The notes under the pieces are model-generated. The model saw nothing but the letters and a program-made list of their open reading frames with translations, did not search any database and was not told the origin of the DNA. 64,000 nt of DNA from Adineta vaga (lineage: Eukaryota > Animalia > Rotifera), in contig CP075497.1 in NCBI GenBank assembly GCA_021613535.1, forward strand, positions 1,302,001 through 1,366,000, written 5' to 3'. How positions within the stretch are numbered: position 1 is the first letter of the stretch; each line of letters begins with the position of its first letter. The position numbers were made by a program, and so were the translations under genes. Below, piece after piece: positions 22,600-34,473 of this stretch.

Positions 22600-24417
22600 A
22601 TGAATTCAAATGAATCAAAGAACTTTTTTTATAAAACAATCTTAGAAAATTCGAAAGTTTTTTTAACGGAAATTCCTTTTAAAGAAAATCGTAGTTTAAG
22701 TCTTAATGAATCAATTCAATCGGAAAATGATCAAATATCAATAAAATCAAATTCAGATAATCTTCATCAAGATTTAATATTCAAAAGAAACGATTGTCAT
22801 CAACGTCTTTCATTATGTTCAAGAAAAAAACTTTCGCTTTTATCATTTCAAGAACAAGTTATTATTATTATCTTCTCTTTATTAATAAATCTTGATTTTT
22901 CTTTTATTAAGAATGATAAGCAACATTCGAAATTTCAAAAATTTATTGATGATTCAAATATAAAAAGATCCAAAAGTATTCGTCAATATCAAATTGAATT
23001 AAAAGATTATCTTTTAAGACGTCTTGAAGCTGATCAATTAAAACAAGAATATAATCAACTTGCACATCAGTTAATCACATTTCTTCTCATCTTTTTTCTT
23101 ATTTATTTATTTTTAGATTATATCTATCTGATCAACAAGTTAAACTCTATCTTCCATATCAAAATATTCTTCAAAAAGCAATTCCTCTATTTCCAGCTGG
23201 TTTGAATATGAAAAAAGGTTTTCTTCTTCTTTTAAATTTTTCTTTTTTAAAGGTTTATTACAAGGTGCTCAAAATGATGCAAAAGGTGTTATGGCAAGAT
23301 ATAATACATTAAATGAAGTTAAAAAATCTTTAGAATCTCGAGATTATCAAGAAGAAGTTTGTGAAATTTTTCTTAAAGAAAAACTTCATTTTTGATTCTA
23401 GAAAAAACAAAATATGAAAGAAAGAAATGTTTTTACAACAACATAGTCTTAAAATTACACAATTAAGTACACGTTATGCACAATTATCTAATGAATTATT
23501 GTTATTGGAAATTCAAGTTCATAATCAAGAACAAAAACTTATTTTTCAAATGGATTTAAATAGAAATCGAGTGAGTACACTAATACTATCGGTCGGTATG
23601 GCCGTCCGGCTGTTTATTCGATAATTCTTCAAAGATACAATCGATTGAGCTGAAACTTTGTTCATATAATTGTCTCATCAATACTTCGATCAAGTTCGAA
23701 GATGAGAATGATCTCTCAAGTAATGGCTGAGTTATCGAGAAAAAAAACTTTTCTCAAAATTATTTAGAACATATGAATCGACTTAGTTTTTAAAGCTGAT
23801 TCCGAATCTAATATTGTTGTTGAGACAAATTGTAGTTTCCTAATGAAAAAAAATGCTTGAAAAAGTTCTCAAAATGCGCAAAAACTGTACTTTAACACCA
23901 AATTACCTAGATACGTCTCAGATGACCTGTAGTTTGGGAATTTCACAAATGCTTGTGTTTTTAGCTAATCAGAAGGACTATCAAAAGGAAAAAACTCAAT
24001 CGCCATACCTATTGATATTGATGATTTATCATAGATTTCTTATAGATTCATGAGGTTGCATATGACCACTATTCCGATAGATTCAAACACAAAGATTCAT
24101 TCTCTCTCATACACTTTTTGCAGTACACATAACTCTCGGATAAAATCCAAAGTTTCCGCATTTATTAAAATACAACAAAGAATATGTAATTCTTTCATTT
24201 AGACACAAACAATAAGTCAATTAGAAGCATGTATTAATTCTCTTTTTGAACGTTATCGTCTTATTCATCAAACGAAACCAACAAGTGATTATACAATGAA
24301 AGAAAAATTAAAATCAATTCAAGTAAAATTCGTTTTATTTATTAAAATTAATTTCTGTTCATTTTTTTGTAGGATTTTATTTTAAATCGAATGGATCTTG
24401 TGAATAGAGTTCATTAA
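22600..24417 (+). CDS. Coiled-coil protein, CCDC42/CFAP73 (DUF4200)-like, spliced
   Basis: KFQKFIDDSNIKRSKS, VMARYNTL and long coiled coils; multiple short introns plus one of about 550 bp (23571-24123). Confidence 0.55.
23590..23900. mobile_element. Intronic repeat-like insertion (non-autonomous element, class uncertain)
   Basis: Unusually long intron, higher GC, containing ccgtccggctg...caatcgattgagctgaaactttg...aagttcgaagatgag, reminiscent of DINE/Helentron-type non-autonomous elements. Confidence 0.35.
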
Positions 24418-25049
24418 TATTTTGATTTTTTTCGAATAAAGTAAACTCGTCTATTTTTAAAAGAGTTGAATCGATTTTTTAAAGAAAGAAATGATCATGT
24501 TTGAGATAAATCAGAGACTACACCGAGATGGAACAAAAAAATTCTTGTTCCACCGATCTTTGAGACATAAGATTTTTTGGTTGATAGCAAAGCTAATCTT
24601 TTCATCATTCGCAATAAACATTGATATTTTTCACTGAAACAAAGATTTCCAACAAGAAAATGAATAAACTAAAGTTCGACTAATTCCATATTTTGTATAT
24701 TCTATAATTCATATATATTTCAATTCATTTTTCTATAGTTTTGAAAATTTGGGAAGGTTCTATCAACGCACAAAATAAAAAAAATATGGAAATCTGGGAT
24801 CGAATCCGACCTTATAATTGATAAGACAAATTTTGATAACATCAATAGAGAATTAATACACGTTAACGGTCTCACTTCTGATGACCTTTGTCTGTCGATT
24901 TCCACAGCAAATTGTCGTCAGTAGTGTTCTGCGGGATTGCCATTTTCGATCACGATCACGATGACAGAAATAGCTCCAAATCACGCAGAACACTAACATT
25001 ATCCAAATACTAAACGCAATCTACTAATAAAACGTGATAAAAAATTTAT

Positions 25050-25606
25050 TTATTAACATCAAATAAATTATATGGTGATACAATTCTTATTCATGATAGA
25101 ACACGTCGTATGATTAAAACAAATTGCAATTTATTACGACCAGAATTTATACAAATTGATTCACATAAGACAGGTTTTATTCAATCAGAAGAATTTGATG
25201 ATATTTTAACAGATCTTGATTTATTTAAACAGATTTTCAAAATACAAATGATTCAAGGTAAAGAAATTTGAATTCTTTTATTTAAGACTAACTTGTATTC
25301 AATTTTTAAAACAATTTTATTCGAAATGCATCAGAACGATCAACAATCGATGATGTTTCAATAAAAATTCGACGAAAAGTAATTTTTTATTAATATTTTA
25401 TAAAGTTTAAGAAAATCTTGTTTTATTTTATAGTTATCCCATTCGTATAAACAAGTTCGACGATCATTTAAAGAGATTTCAAACGAACATAAATGTTCAT
25501 TAAATGATGAAGAATTTTATATATTAATATCTCAACTTGATACAAAAATGAATGGATAGCAATTAATCATAATCATTTTCTTCGACAATATATTGAAAAT
25601 ATTTAA
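25050..25606 (+). pseudogene. Degraded genomic duplicate of the 3' end of the EFCAB6-like gene (about 9516-10249)
   Basis: Direct similarity, e.g. tattaacatcaaataaattatatgg, cagaagaatttgatg, aaaattcgacgaaaagtaatt, tctttaaatgatgaagaattttatatattaatatctcaacttgatacaaaaatgaatgga (copy has cattaaat). Introns retained; internal deletions and stop codons. Confidence 0.9.
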
Positions 25607-25971
25607 ATTTACATTTATCGATTTTTTAATTAAAATAAAAACAATTCTCCTTCTCTAACATTTTCGATTAGATATTGTTTAAATGTATATACTTTCAAAG
25701 TATAATTTACCCTATTGTCATTTATCTCCTAATCGCATCGTTCAAGACATAATTGAGTTTAGATATCACTATTTTTCCATAATGATTTAGAGTCACACTT
25801 TATTAAACGACGAGAATTTAGGATTTAAAAGAGGAAATAAAAATTTTCCATTGTTCAAATCTTTAAATAAGCAATTCATTTCAAAATCAAGCGGCATCTA
25901 GAAAGTTTTATTACTATCAATCAAATTCTCATTTAAAGAATTCAAAAAGAAAAGAGACGAAACATGAAATA

Positions 25972-26166
25972 CCCAGGCCAAAACGTGTCCATCGGATCCG
26001 GTCGATCCGGTGTATTTCCGACAGGAACCTGCTGAAACTTCACCAGAATCCTAACAATCAGAATCCGACGTCGGAATAAATCGGAACCCGTACATAATTG
26101 ATCTATATCCTGTCAGACTCTGTCGGATTCCGATGCAATCCGGTAGTTAGGATTGATTCACCTGGG
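25972..26166. mobile_element. MITE-like element with CCCAGG...CCTGGG termini
   Basis: Inverted ends cccagg / cctggg and GC-rich internal ccgat/atcgg motifs within AT-rich flanks. Confidence 0.6.
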
Positions 26167-26340
26167 ATGCTTTGTTCATTGTTTCTTCAAACATTTTCAA
26201 TTAAATTAACACAAACTTTGTCGAAGATCAATGAAGAGTTCAAGCAATCGAATGTACATCTATTGATGCAGGTTATCTGATGAAAGTTGACCAATATATT
26301 ATGGCACAGTATAACAATCCCGGTCAATATGAAAAAACAA

Positions 26341-26825
26341 CCCAGATCGACAAACCTGGCATGGGATCCGATTGGATGGATCGACCTGGGTCGTAAATAC
26401 ATAGTATTCTTTTCCAAAACGGTTACTGTACGGATTCAGAACGGACCGTATTACTGTGCCCGATATTACGGTCAGTATCGTTCGACCTGGATTACTGATG
26501 ATGATTCTGAATAGAAGAAATATCCAATAGTAACAAAATATGAGTATAATGGTGCAGATGATTCGATAGCTTTTCAACAACACATCAGGATGGATCCTTT
26601 ACTCGGTATTCAGAATAATTTTGATTATCCAGATTATAGTACTTTTTCATTTAAACATCAGTTGAAATCCAATGCCTAGGTCCAAGAAAACGGCGTCGTG
26701 AACTACCTTAAACGATGGGAAAACGGCGAAATACGGTCAAAACCGAGGCAGTAAATTGCTGTTATCTAACCGTTTGCGGTCGTTTAAGGCGCCGTTTCCG
26801 ACCACCGGAATGATCGTCCTGAGAT
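26341..26825. mobile_element. Cluster of related CCCAG/CCTGG-terminated MITE fragments
   Basis: cccagatcgac...tcgacctggg (26341-26390), ...ttcgacctgg (about 26490), cctaggtcc...cgtcctgag (26676-26823), with acgg/ccgt-rich interiors. Confidence 0.5.
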
Positions 26826-27469
26826 GTCTTATTTGTTCCTTCTATGCGTGTTGGTCAAGTTGGTCAAAGAATAGCTACTATTAGTTTTCCAGGTATTGAA
26901 GGTAAGAAATGTTCATAAACTATAGAAGCAGAGTAGAAGGACTGCTGAAATTGTGATCAAGTAGAGATTTTGAAAAAAAAATTCTTTAACAAATGTTTAT
27001 CCGATTGTGGAAAATCTCATGGGTGGTTTTGGAAAACGTAAGTTATTCTTTTGAAATATATAATACAGAATTAATCATAGGTTTCTACCATTGATCAATT
27101 CTGTTAAACGAAGTTTTATAATCATTTTTTGACTTTTTCTTGTTGAATTTTTTGTCAATGTTTCATTTGAAGCTAAGACAAAATTTTGAGAATATCCTTC
27201 TGGATGATTGCGAAATTGTGCGAACGAAATTTCAAGCGATAATAATTGACTATGGTGTCGATTAACTAAAGATTGATAGGTATCAATTGAACTCCTTTCT
27301 ATTATATCAATAATAATTTTTGTCAAAAAGTTTTGAGACAGAATTGGAAATCAGAAAACTAAAAATGAAATCATTTTTTTATGAATTAAATTATTGTCAA
27401 TTCCTTTTGCTTTTCATAAGTTGAATAAAACTCTTCATTCGAAAATGTGAATTCGGTTTTTTTGAATAG

Positions 27470-27937
27470 GAAGTCGTTCGTTATGGTCGAATTGTTGCAC
27501 CATTTAAATTAGATTATAATCAACAATCATGGTTTGAAAATGTTGACAAAATCTTTACTATTGAAAATCAATGTATTTTAAATGAATCATCTGGAGGACA
27601 TACTCTGTTTTCAAAGAACTTCCATTTGTCTATTGAACTAAACTTAATTTGATGATTTTAGATTCTTTGCCGTGAATGTCAATCAATCAACCCAAACAAA
27701 AGAAAATATAGTATACCAATATAAAGGATTTAATAGAATTACCTCATTGTTCTACATGTTTAAATCAACCAAATACACGAAAATCAACAGTATATAATTT
27801 TGCTTTGACAGTTCATCATCCATCAATAGTGGAATCATATTGTCGGTTAATAAACAATTTACTTCATATATTCGATACTGATCAATTAAAAATATTTGAA
27901 AACTATTTTAATTATTATAAAATCGTTCATAACTGAT
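27470..27937 (+). pseudogene. Isolated coding fragment with CxxC motifs, disrupted
   Basis: Exon-like pieces EVVRYGRIVAPFKLDYNQQSWF..., ILCRECQSINP..., LPHCSTCLNQP...; frameshift and no 5' part visible. Confidence 0.3.
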
Positions 27938-28522
27938 ACTATTTTTTAATTTTATGTTTCATTCGATTTCAAAATAAAACTTGCAAAAACAAAACGTGTT
28001 TTTTATCGTTTATTCATAAATTCTCAAGTCCTATATTGTTAGGAGATATCGTTGAATAATAAAAATGGTTCATTTATAAATCAACATCATCTCTATATTC
28101 TGTAGTTGTTAATTATTTAAATAATAATATAATTGTTATTAATTAAAACTGTAATAAATATGGAGTTTTGCTTGATCATGATGATATAACATTTCATATT
28201 ATCATTTTGAAGATGACTTCTAAGTCGTTTTTATCAATTAAATTATAAACGAATAGAATTTCGTCTCTATGTTATTATAGATATTCACTTTTTCAATGGG
28301 TTATGATCGATTTTAATCATATGTATTATTATTCTCATTTGTAACGAAATAATATTATTCTTTATTTAAGACTTGATTTTATATCAAATTGATTTTATTT
28401 AAATAAAGTAGTGTCATCTATTCTTAAAAGATCTGAATTGATTGTTATAACTAACAAAGAAAAATGTAATGATGATGTATCTAAATAAATAAATAAAAGA
28501 TAAAAAATTCGATAAGATAACG

Positions 28523-29056
28523 ATGGAAAATGTATTAAAAAAAAGTTTAAATAAACGCGAAAAGTCATTTGAAAAAAGTTCTTGTCCGTTATGGTTATTA
28601 AATATTCTTCCAACACCATTTAAAACAATTGAAATAATTAATGAAAATGAAAATGATCAACAGCAACAACAACAACAACAACAACAAATCTTTGATGATT
28701 TAAAACCATATGAATTAATAACAAGAATTCCATTATTAAATAAAACAGAGAATGAATCAATAAATAATTCATTACAATTAATTTATTTATCATCAAATGA
28801 ACAAATCATAAATTTACTTAAAAAATTTCGTGAATATAAACAAATTCATCGAAAGAAATCGTCCGAAAAACGCCAAAATATTTATCAATGTCAAGAAAAT
28901 GTCTGTACAAATAAAGCAATTCCATTAAGTTCATTTTGTAAAAATCATTTTATTGAAAATGATTCGAAACAAATTTTATTTGAAAAATGTTCTTTTTGTC
29001 AACAAATTCAAATTAGATTTGATCAAAAAAATCTTTTCAATTTTTGTTCTCATTAA
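28523..29056 (+). CDS. Short protein with a KANSL2/INO80D-type C3H zinc finger and a poly-Q tract
   Basis: CQENVCTNKAIPLSSFCKNHFIENDSKQILFEKC matches the recalled zf-C3Hc3H pattern; single open exon of 177 aa. Confidence 0.6.
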   Translation: MENVLKKSLNKREKSFEKSSCPLWLLNILPTPFKTIEIINENENDQQQQQQQQQQIFDDLKPYELITRIPLLNKTENESINNSLQLIYLSSNEQIINLLKKFREYKQIHRKKSSEKRQNIYQCQENVCTNKAIPLSSFCKNHFIENDSKQILFEKCSFCQQIQIRFDQKNLFNFCSH

Positions 29057-29095
29057 ATAAATAAAAGATCTTATTTACCTATTTCAGATTTAACA

Positions 29096-32000
29096 ATGTC
29101 ATCATCATCTATATTTCGGAGTGAACAAATGACATTATGTCAATTATTTTTACAACCAGATACAGCTTATGCTTCTGTTGCTGAATTAGGTGAATTAGCA
29201 ATTGTTCAATTCCGTGATGTATAAACTTTCTTCTTCTTTTTCATTTAAATCTTTTCTTTCCTTTTTCTTTTCTAGTTAAATCCAAATGTTAATTCATTTC
29301 AAAGAAAATTCGTTAATGAACTTCGACGTTGTGAAGAAATGGAACGAAAAATTCGTAAGTTTTCGCAGAAGAGATTATGGATCGTTTCCAGCAGTGAAAT
29401 TTCGGTAATAGGGGCAGATCCAGAAAATCAGTGAGCGGGTGGCGGCGGTCGCTGAACAGCTAGATTCGCGCCTTATCGCGCTATTGATGAGATAATAATT
29501 TGCACAAAGTTTGGGTTACCGGAGAGAAGCGGATCTAGCTGTTTGGCGATCTGGCGACCCCTAGCCCCTCGCGAATGATTTTCCACCGATTTTCTCGATC
29601 GAGTTCATCACGGATTTGAATCCGAAGTTATTATAAATAAAAATTTGTCTTTTCTTTAAAGGTTTTCTTGAAACTGAAATTAAAAAAGAAGAAATTCCAA
29701 TTGTCGATACAAAGGAAAATCCTGATGCACCAAAACCACGTGAAATTATTGATCTTGAAGTAACAAATCAAATATTCTTTGAAATTAAAATTCATTTTTT
29801 CTTCAAAGATTATTATTGATAAATTAGATCATGATTTAAAACAAATCAATACAAATGCTGATGCTTTAAGAAAGAATTTTAATGAATTAACTGAATTAAA
29901 ATTCAATTTAGCCATGACACAAGGATTTTTTCAACAAGTATTTGTTTTTAAATTTAAATTATCATAAATATTAAAATTTATTTAGGTCGATTCAACTGGT
30001 CATGGATTATTTGATGGTTTAGATGAAAGTATTAATGATGAAAGTAATCGAATTGTATCAAGTGGAATGAAATTAGGGTAAGAAGATTAAATTGAATTGA
30101 AAAAGAATAAAATTGATTTTTATTTAAAGATTTGTCAGTGGAGTTATAACACGTGATCGAATGAATGCTTTTGAAAGAATGTTATGGAGAGTTTGTCGAG
30201 GAAATGTTTTCTTAAAATCAGCAGAAATTCCACAATTAATTGAAGATCCAACAACAGTTGAGAATTTCTTATTTTTGTTTTCTTTAAATTTCCTTTTCGT
30301 TTTTCTTTTTTATTAGGGTGAAAAACTACATAAAATTGTTTTTGTTGTATTTTTTCAAGGTGAACAATTAAAAACACGTGTACAAAAAATTTGTGAAGGG
30401 TTTGTTAATTAGAATTTGTTTGATATAAAAAAATTTCTTTCTTTATTACAAAAAGATTTCGTGCAAATATTTATCCATGTCCAGAAAATGTCAATGAACG
30501 TCGTGAATTAACAATGGGTTTAATGACACGTTTAGAAGATTTAAATGTTGTTATTAATCAAACAGAAGATCATCGTCAAAGAATTTTAATTGAAACATCA
30601 CGTTTAATTCGTTTATGGAAAATCAAATTACTTAAAATCAAATCAATTTATTTTATTATGAATATGTTTAATAATGATATTGCGAGAAAATGTTTTATTG
30701 CTGAATGTTGGATTCCAAATTTACAATTAGATTCAGTTCGATTAGCTTTAAGAAAAGGATCAGTAAGTTATTTACTTTACTTTTCTTGTTTTAATTTGAA
30801 TCTTTAAAAAAACAAAAAGGAAATTAGTGGAAATGTTCAAGTAACAACAATAATCAATGAAATGGCAACTGAAGAAAAACCACCGACATATCATAAATTA
30901 AATAAATTTACTCAAGGTTTTCAAAATTTAGTTGATGCATATGGTGTTGCTTCATATCGTGAAATAAATCCGATGTCATTTGTTTTAATAACATTTCCAT
31001 TTTTATTTGCTGTTATGTTTGGTGATGCTGGACATGGTCTTATTGTTACTTTATTTGCATTATGGATGGTTTTAAAAGAAAATCAATTGAAAGATAAATG
31101 GAGAAATCAAGAAGTTTGGACTATTTTCTTTGGAGGAAGATATATTATTTTATTAATGGGAATTTTTTCAATTTATACTGGTCTTATGTATAATGATGTC
31201 TTTTCGAAATCAATGAATATCTTTGGTTCAGCATGGAGAGTTAAATTTGAGTAAATTTATCTTGATGATTTATTCTAATTAATCTTTTTTTGTTTCTTTT
31301 AAAGTGATACAATTTTACTTAAAGCAGATTCAGTAACATTAGAAGCTAATCCAACACCTTATGCCGATGCTCCACATTATGTTCAAATGTATAGTGGAAA
31401 TCCTTATGCAATTGGTCTTGATCCAGTAAGTGAATATATTTGAATGAAGAAATTCTTTTCTATTGAAAATTTATTTAAGATTTGGCAAATTTCTGTTAAT
31501 AAAATCACATTTACAAATTCAATAAAAATGAAATTTGCAATTATAATTGGAATTATTCAAATGAGTTTTGGTGTTTTTCTTAGTTTATGGAATCATATGT
31601 AAGTTTATTTTATTTTGAATTTCGATTAATTTTGAAAAAAATAATATTCGGTTCTTTTAGATATTTTAAACATTATAATGCAATTTTCTTAGAATTTTTA
31701 CCTCAAATCATATTTTTAGCATCAATTTTTTTCTATTTGATTATTTTAATATTTTATAAATGGACACATTATCAAGCATCACAAGCAACAGATGCTCCAT
31801 CACTTCTTATTCGTATGTTTGAAAAAAAAACGTATAAGAAATCTTTTAAATTTTATTTTCTTTACCATTAGATTTAATTAATATGATGTTAATGTCATAT
31901 CCTGATAAAGATTCTAAAAATCCTCTAAGTTCATTAACATTTTATAATAATCAACGATTAATTCAAACAGTTTTATTAATTATTGCTGTTCTTTGTATTC

Positions 32001-32808
32001 CATGGTTATTAATTGGAAAACCAATTTATACACTAATTAAAAAGAAGAAAAAAGCTAATGTAAATTTTCTTTTATTTTCTTCTTCTTCTATTTTCTTTTT
32101 TTTCTCTATTCAAAAGTATTCTCAATTAGCTAATGAAACGAACGCAAGTAATGATATTGAATTACATGAACAAAATAAAGGACACCAAGAGGTTATCATC
32201 AAACCAACAAATGTTAAGCTTCGTTAATTATAAATGCTGCTCAAATGCTCTTTGAAAAAAAAAGACGAAAAATTTTGATTTTAAATTTCAAATCTTTTCT
32301 TTAGGTTGATATGAGTGAAGTTTGGGTGGAACAAGGTATTCATACAATTGAATATTTTCTTGGTTGTATTTCACATACAGCTTCATATTTACGTCTTTGG
32401 GCACTTTCATTAGCTCATGCACGTGAGTTTCATTTCTAATCAACTTTATTTTTTTCTCTTTTATTTCTATTCAAATAGAATTATCGGAAGTTTTATGGCA
32501 TATGGTTTTATATATTGGTTTATCAATAGGAGGAGTTGGTATCGGTGGAATTGTGATGTTTGTTGTATTTATGCCATGGTCAACATTAACGATTTTTATT
32601 CTACTTTTAATGGAAGGTCTTTCAGCTTTTCTTCATGCACTTCGTCTTCATTGGTTTGAATTCGTTTTTTTTTATATACATATAAAGATTGATCTGAATG
32701 TATTTTAGGGTGGAATTTCAATCAAAATTTTATAAAGGTGAAGGTTATCCATTTGTTCCATTTTCATTTCAACTAATTCTTGATGAAGAAAATTCAACAG
32801 AAAATTAA
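29096..32808 (+). CDS. ATP6V0A1: V-type proton ATPase V0 subunit a (116 kDa)
   Basis: [96 protein letters not shown]; many short introns. Confidence 0.96.
29410..29600. mobile_element. GC-rich fold-back MITE-like insertion in a V-ATPase intron
   Basis: Inverted repeat tcgctgaacagctagattcgc / gcggatctagctgtttggcga, plus gaaaatcagtg / caccgattttc, inside an intron of about 300 bp. Confidence 0.6.
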
Positions 32809-33425
32809 AAACTTTTCTTCGTCTTCTTTTCGTTTGATTCGAAAAAAAATGAAATTCTTTAATAAATTTTGATTTAAAAAACAAAACAAAAACGTTGAAA
32901 ATTGTAAAAGATGATGATGTGTGTTCGTTGATGTGTGACATGAAATGGATGTCATTAAACAAGAATAGATCATATCAATATGCGATCCATTAAGCACGTC
33001 GTCTAATGAATGAATATGAGTATCGTTACGGCTGTCACGTCATATATCTATCAAATATTGGTTGACCGATGAAAAAAAAGAAGAAGAAGAAGAAAAAGAA
33101 AGAATATCTTTTCTTTTCTTTTTTTTCGTAACAAATTTCATAGAAAAAATAAGCAGAAAAATCTTGTCTAATACATCTCTTGTGTCATCACTAAAAAGAT
33201 CTTTTCTCTTCTTTTTCTTTCTCATCAAATTTCATTGGTTAAATCAACATTTTCTCTCTTGTTAAATGATCTTTGTTGAATGAAATGTGTTTATTCAAGC
33301 GTTACTTTGCCCGTTCAATGGGTCAAAACTGAGTATAGATCGATATTCTATTCGATCAGTTTACTTTCATTTATATTTGACGACAGTCACATCTTCAATT
33401 ATCTTTTTTTTTAAACATTAAACAA

Positions 33426-34046
33426 ATGGGTCTTTTTGGAAATAAACGTGATAAAGGTGATAAAGTTGAAAAATATGAATATCATTCAACAACAAAAGGC
33501 AATCGAAATGGTTATGGTCCTCCAGCCTTATCAGCAACTCCTCCATCACCTTATTTTCCAAATGGTGCTGCTTATTTTGATGGTTTTGGACAAGTTGCAC
33601 CACAAGGTAAATCAGGTAAATATAATAAATATGCTGGTGTAAGTAAAAGTCTTTATGGTGGTGATCCAATGCAACAAGCAATGTTATTACCACCACAATC
33701 ACCTGCTGCTTTGCAAGCACAAGCAAATGCCATATTTCAAATGCAACAATATATGCAAGGACAAAATGCTGGTGGACAATTTGCTAATGTTCTTCCTCCA
33801 GTTCAAATGCCAATGAATTTTGGACAACAAAATGGATTATTACCAGCACAACCTCAACAATTTTATGGTTTTCCTGGTCAACAAAGTGGAACGCCGTTTT
33901 ATGATCCTAATTCATTTTTTCAACAGCAACAACAACAACAACAACAACAAGGTGCTTTTGCTCCATATCAACAACCAAACTTTTATGATCCAAGTGCGGC
34001 AAGTGGATTTTCTGCTCCATATGGATATATGCCAGCTGCTTTTTAG
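33426..34046 (+). CDS. Intronless low-complexity Q/P/G/F/Y-rich protein
   Basis: 206-aa ORF with coding-like codon usage, poly-Q, and a charge-poor aromatic-studded C-terminal region. Confidence 0.75.
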   Translation: MGLFGNKRDKGDKVEKYEYHSTTKGNRNGYGPPALSATPPSPYFPNGAAYFDGFGQVAPQGKSGKYNKYAGVSKSLYGGDPMQQAMLLPPQSPAALQAQANAIFQMQQYMQGQNAGGQFANVLPPVQMPMNFGQQNGLLPAQPQQFYGFPGQQSGTPFYDPNSFFQQQQQQQQQQGAFAPYQQPNFYDPSAASGFSAPYGYMPAAF

Positions 34047-34473
34047 AACAATTTTAGATAAAACTTGCTAGACAATAGAGTGTGAGCTTCTTTTTTTCTT
34101 TTCTTTTCTTCTTTTCTTTTATTTGTTTTAATCAGTCATTTATATGAAGATATGAATTGAGATAAATCGAAAATAAAACAAAAAATTCTAACGTGTGTGT
34201 TGTCCGGACATTAAAGACGTCTTCTTTATCACATTAATTCTATAAAATAAAACGAAAAGAAATTAATTTGTTTTTATTTTTGATTTATCTCTTTATTCAT
34301 TTTCTTTTTGCTTTTTATAAAATTCTTTCGTAGTCTTTCTTTGTTATTTTAATCTTGTTTTTTTTCTTCTCTTTTATTCAATTGAAATTTGAATTTAATT
34401 ACACAACAAAAAAACAAAAAGAAAATAAATTAAGAAGAGAATTATTGCTCACTTATTTAAACAACATTTCTTT

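Noticed and set aside
26098-26583. Four overlapping short ORFs
   Set aside because: They arise from GC-rich MITE sequence; no coding signature or transposase motif.
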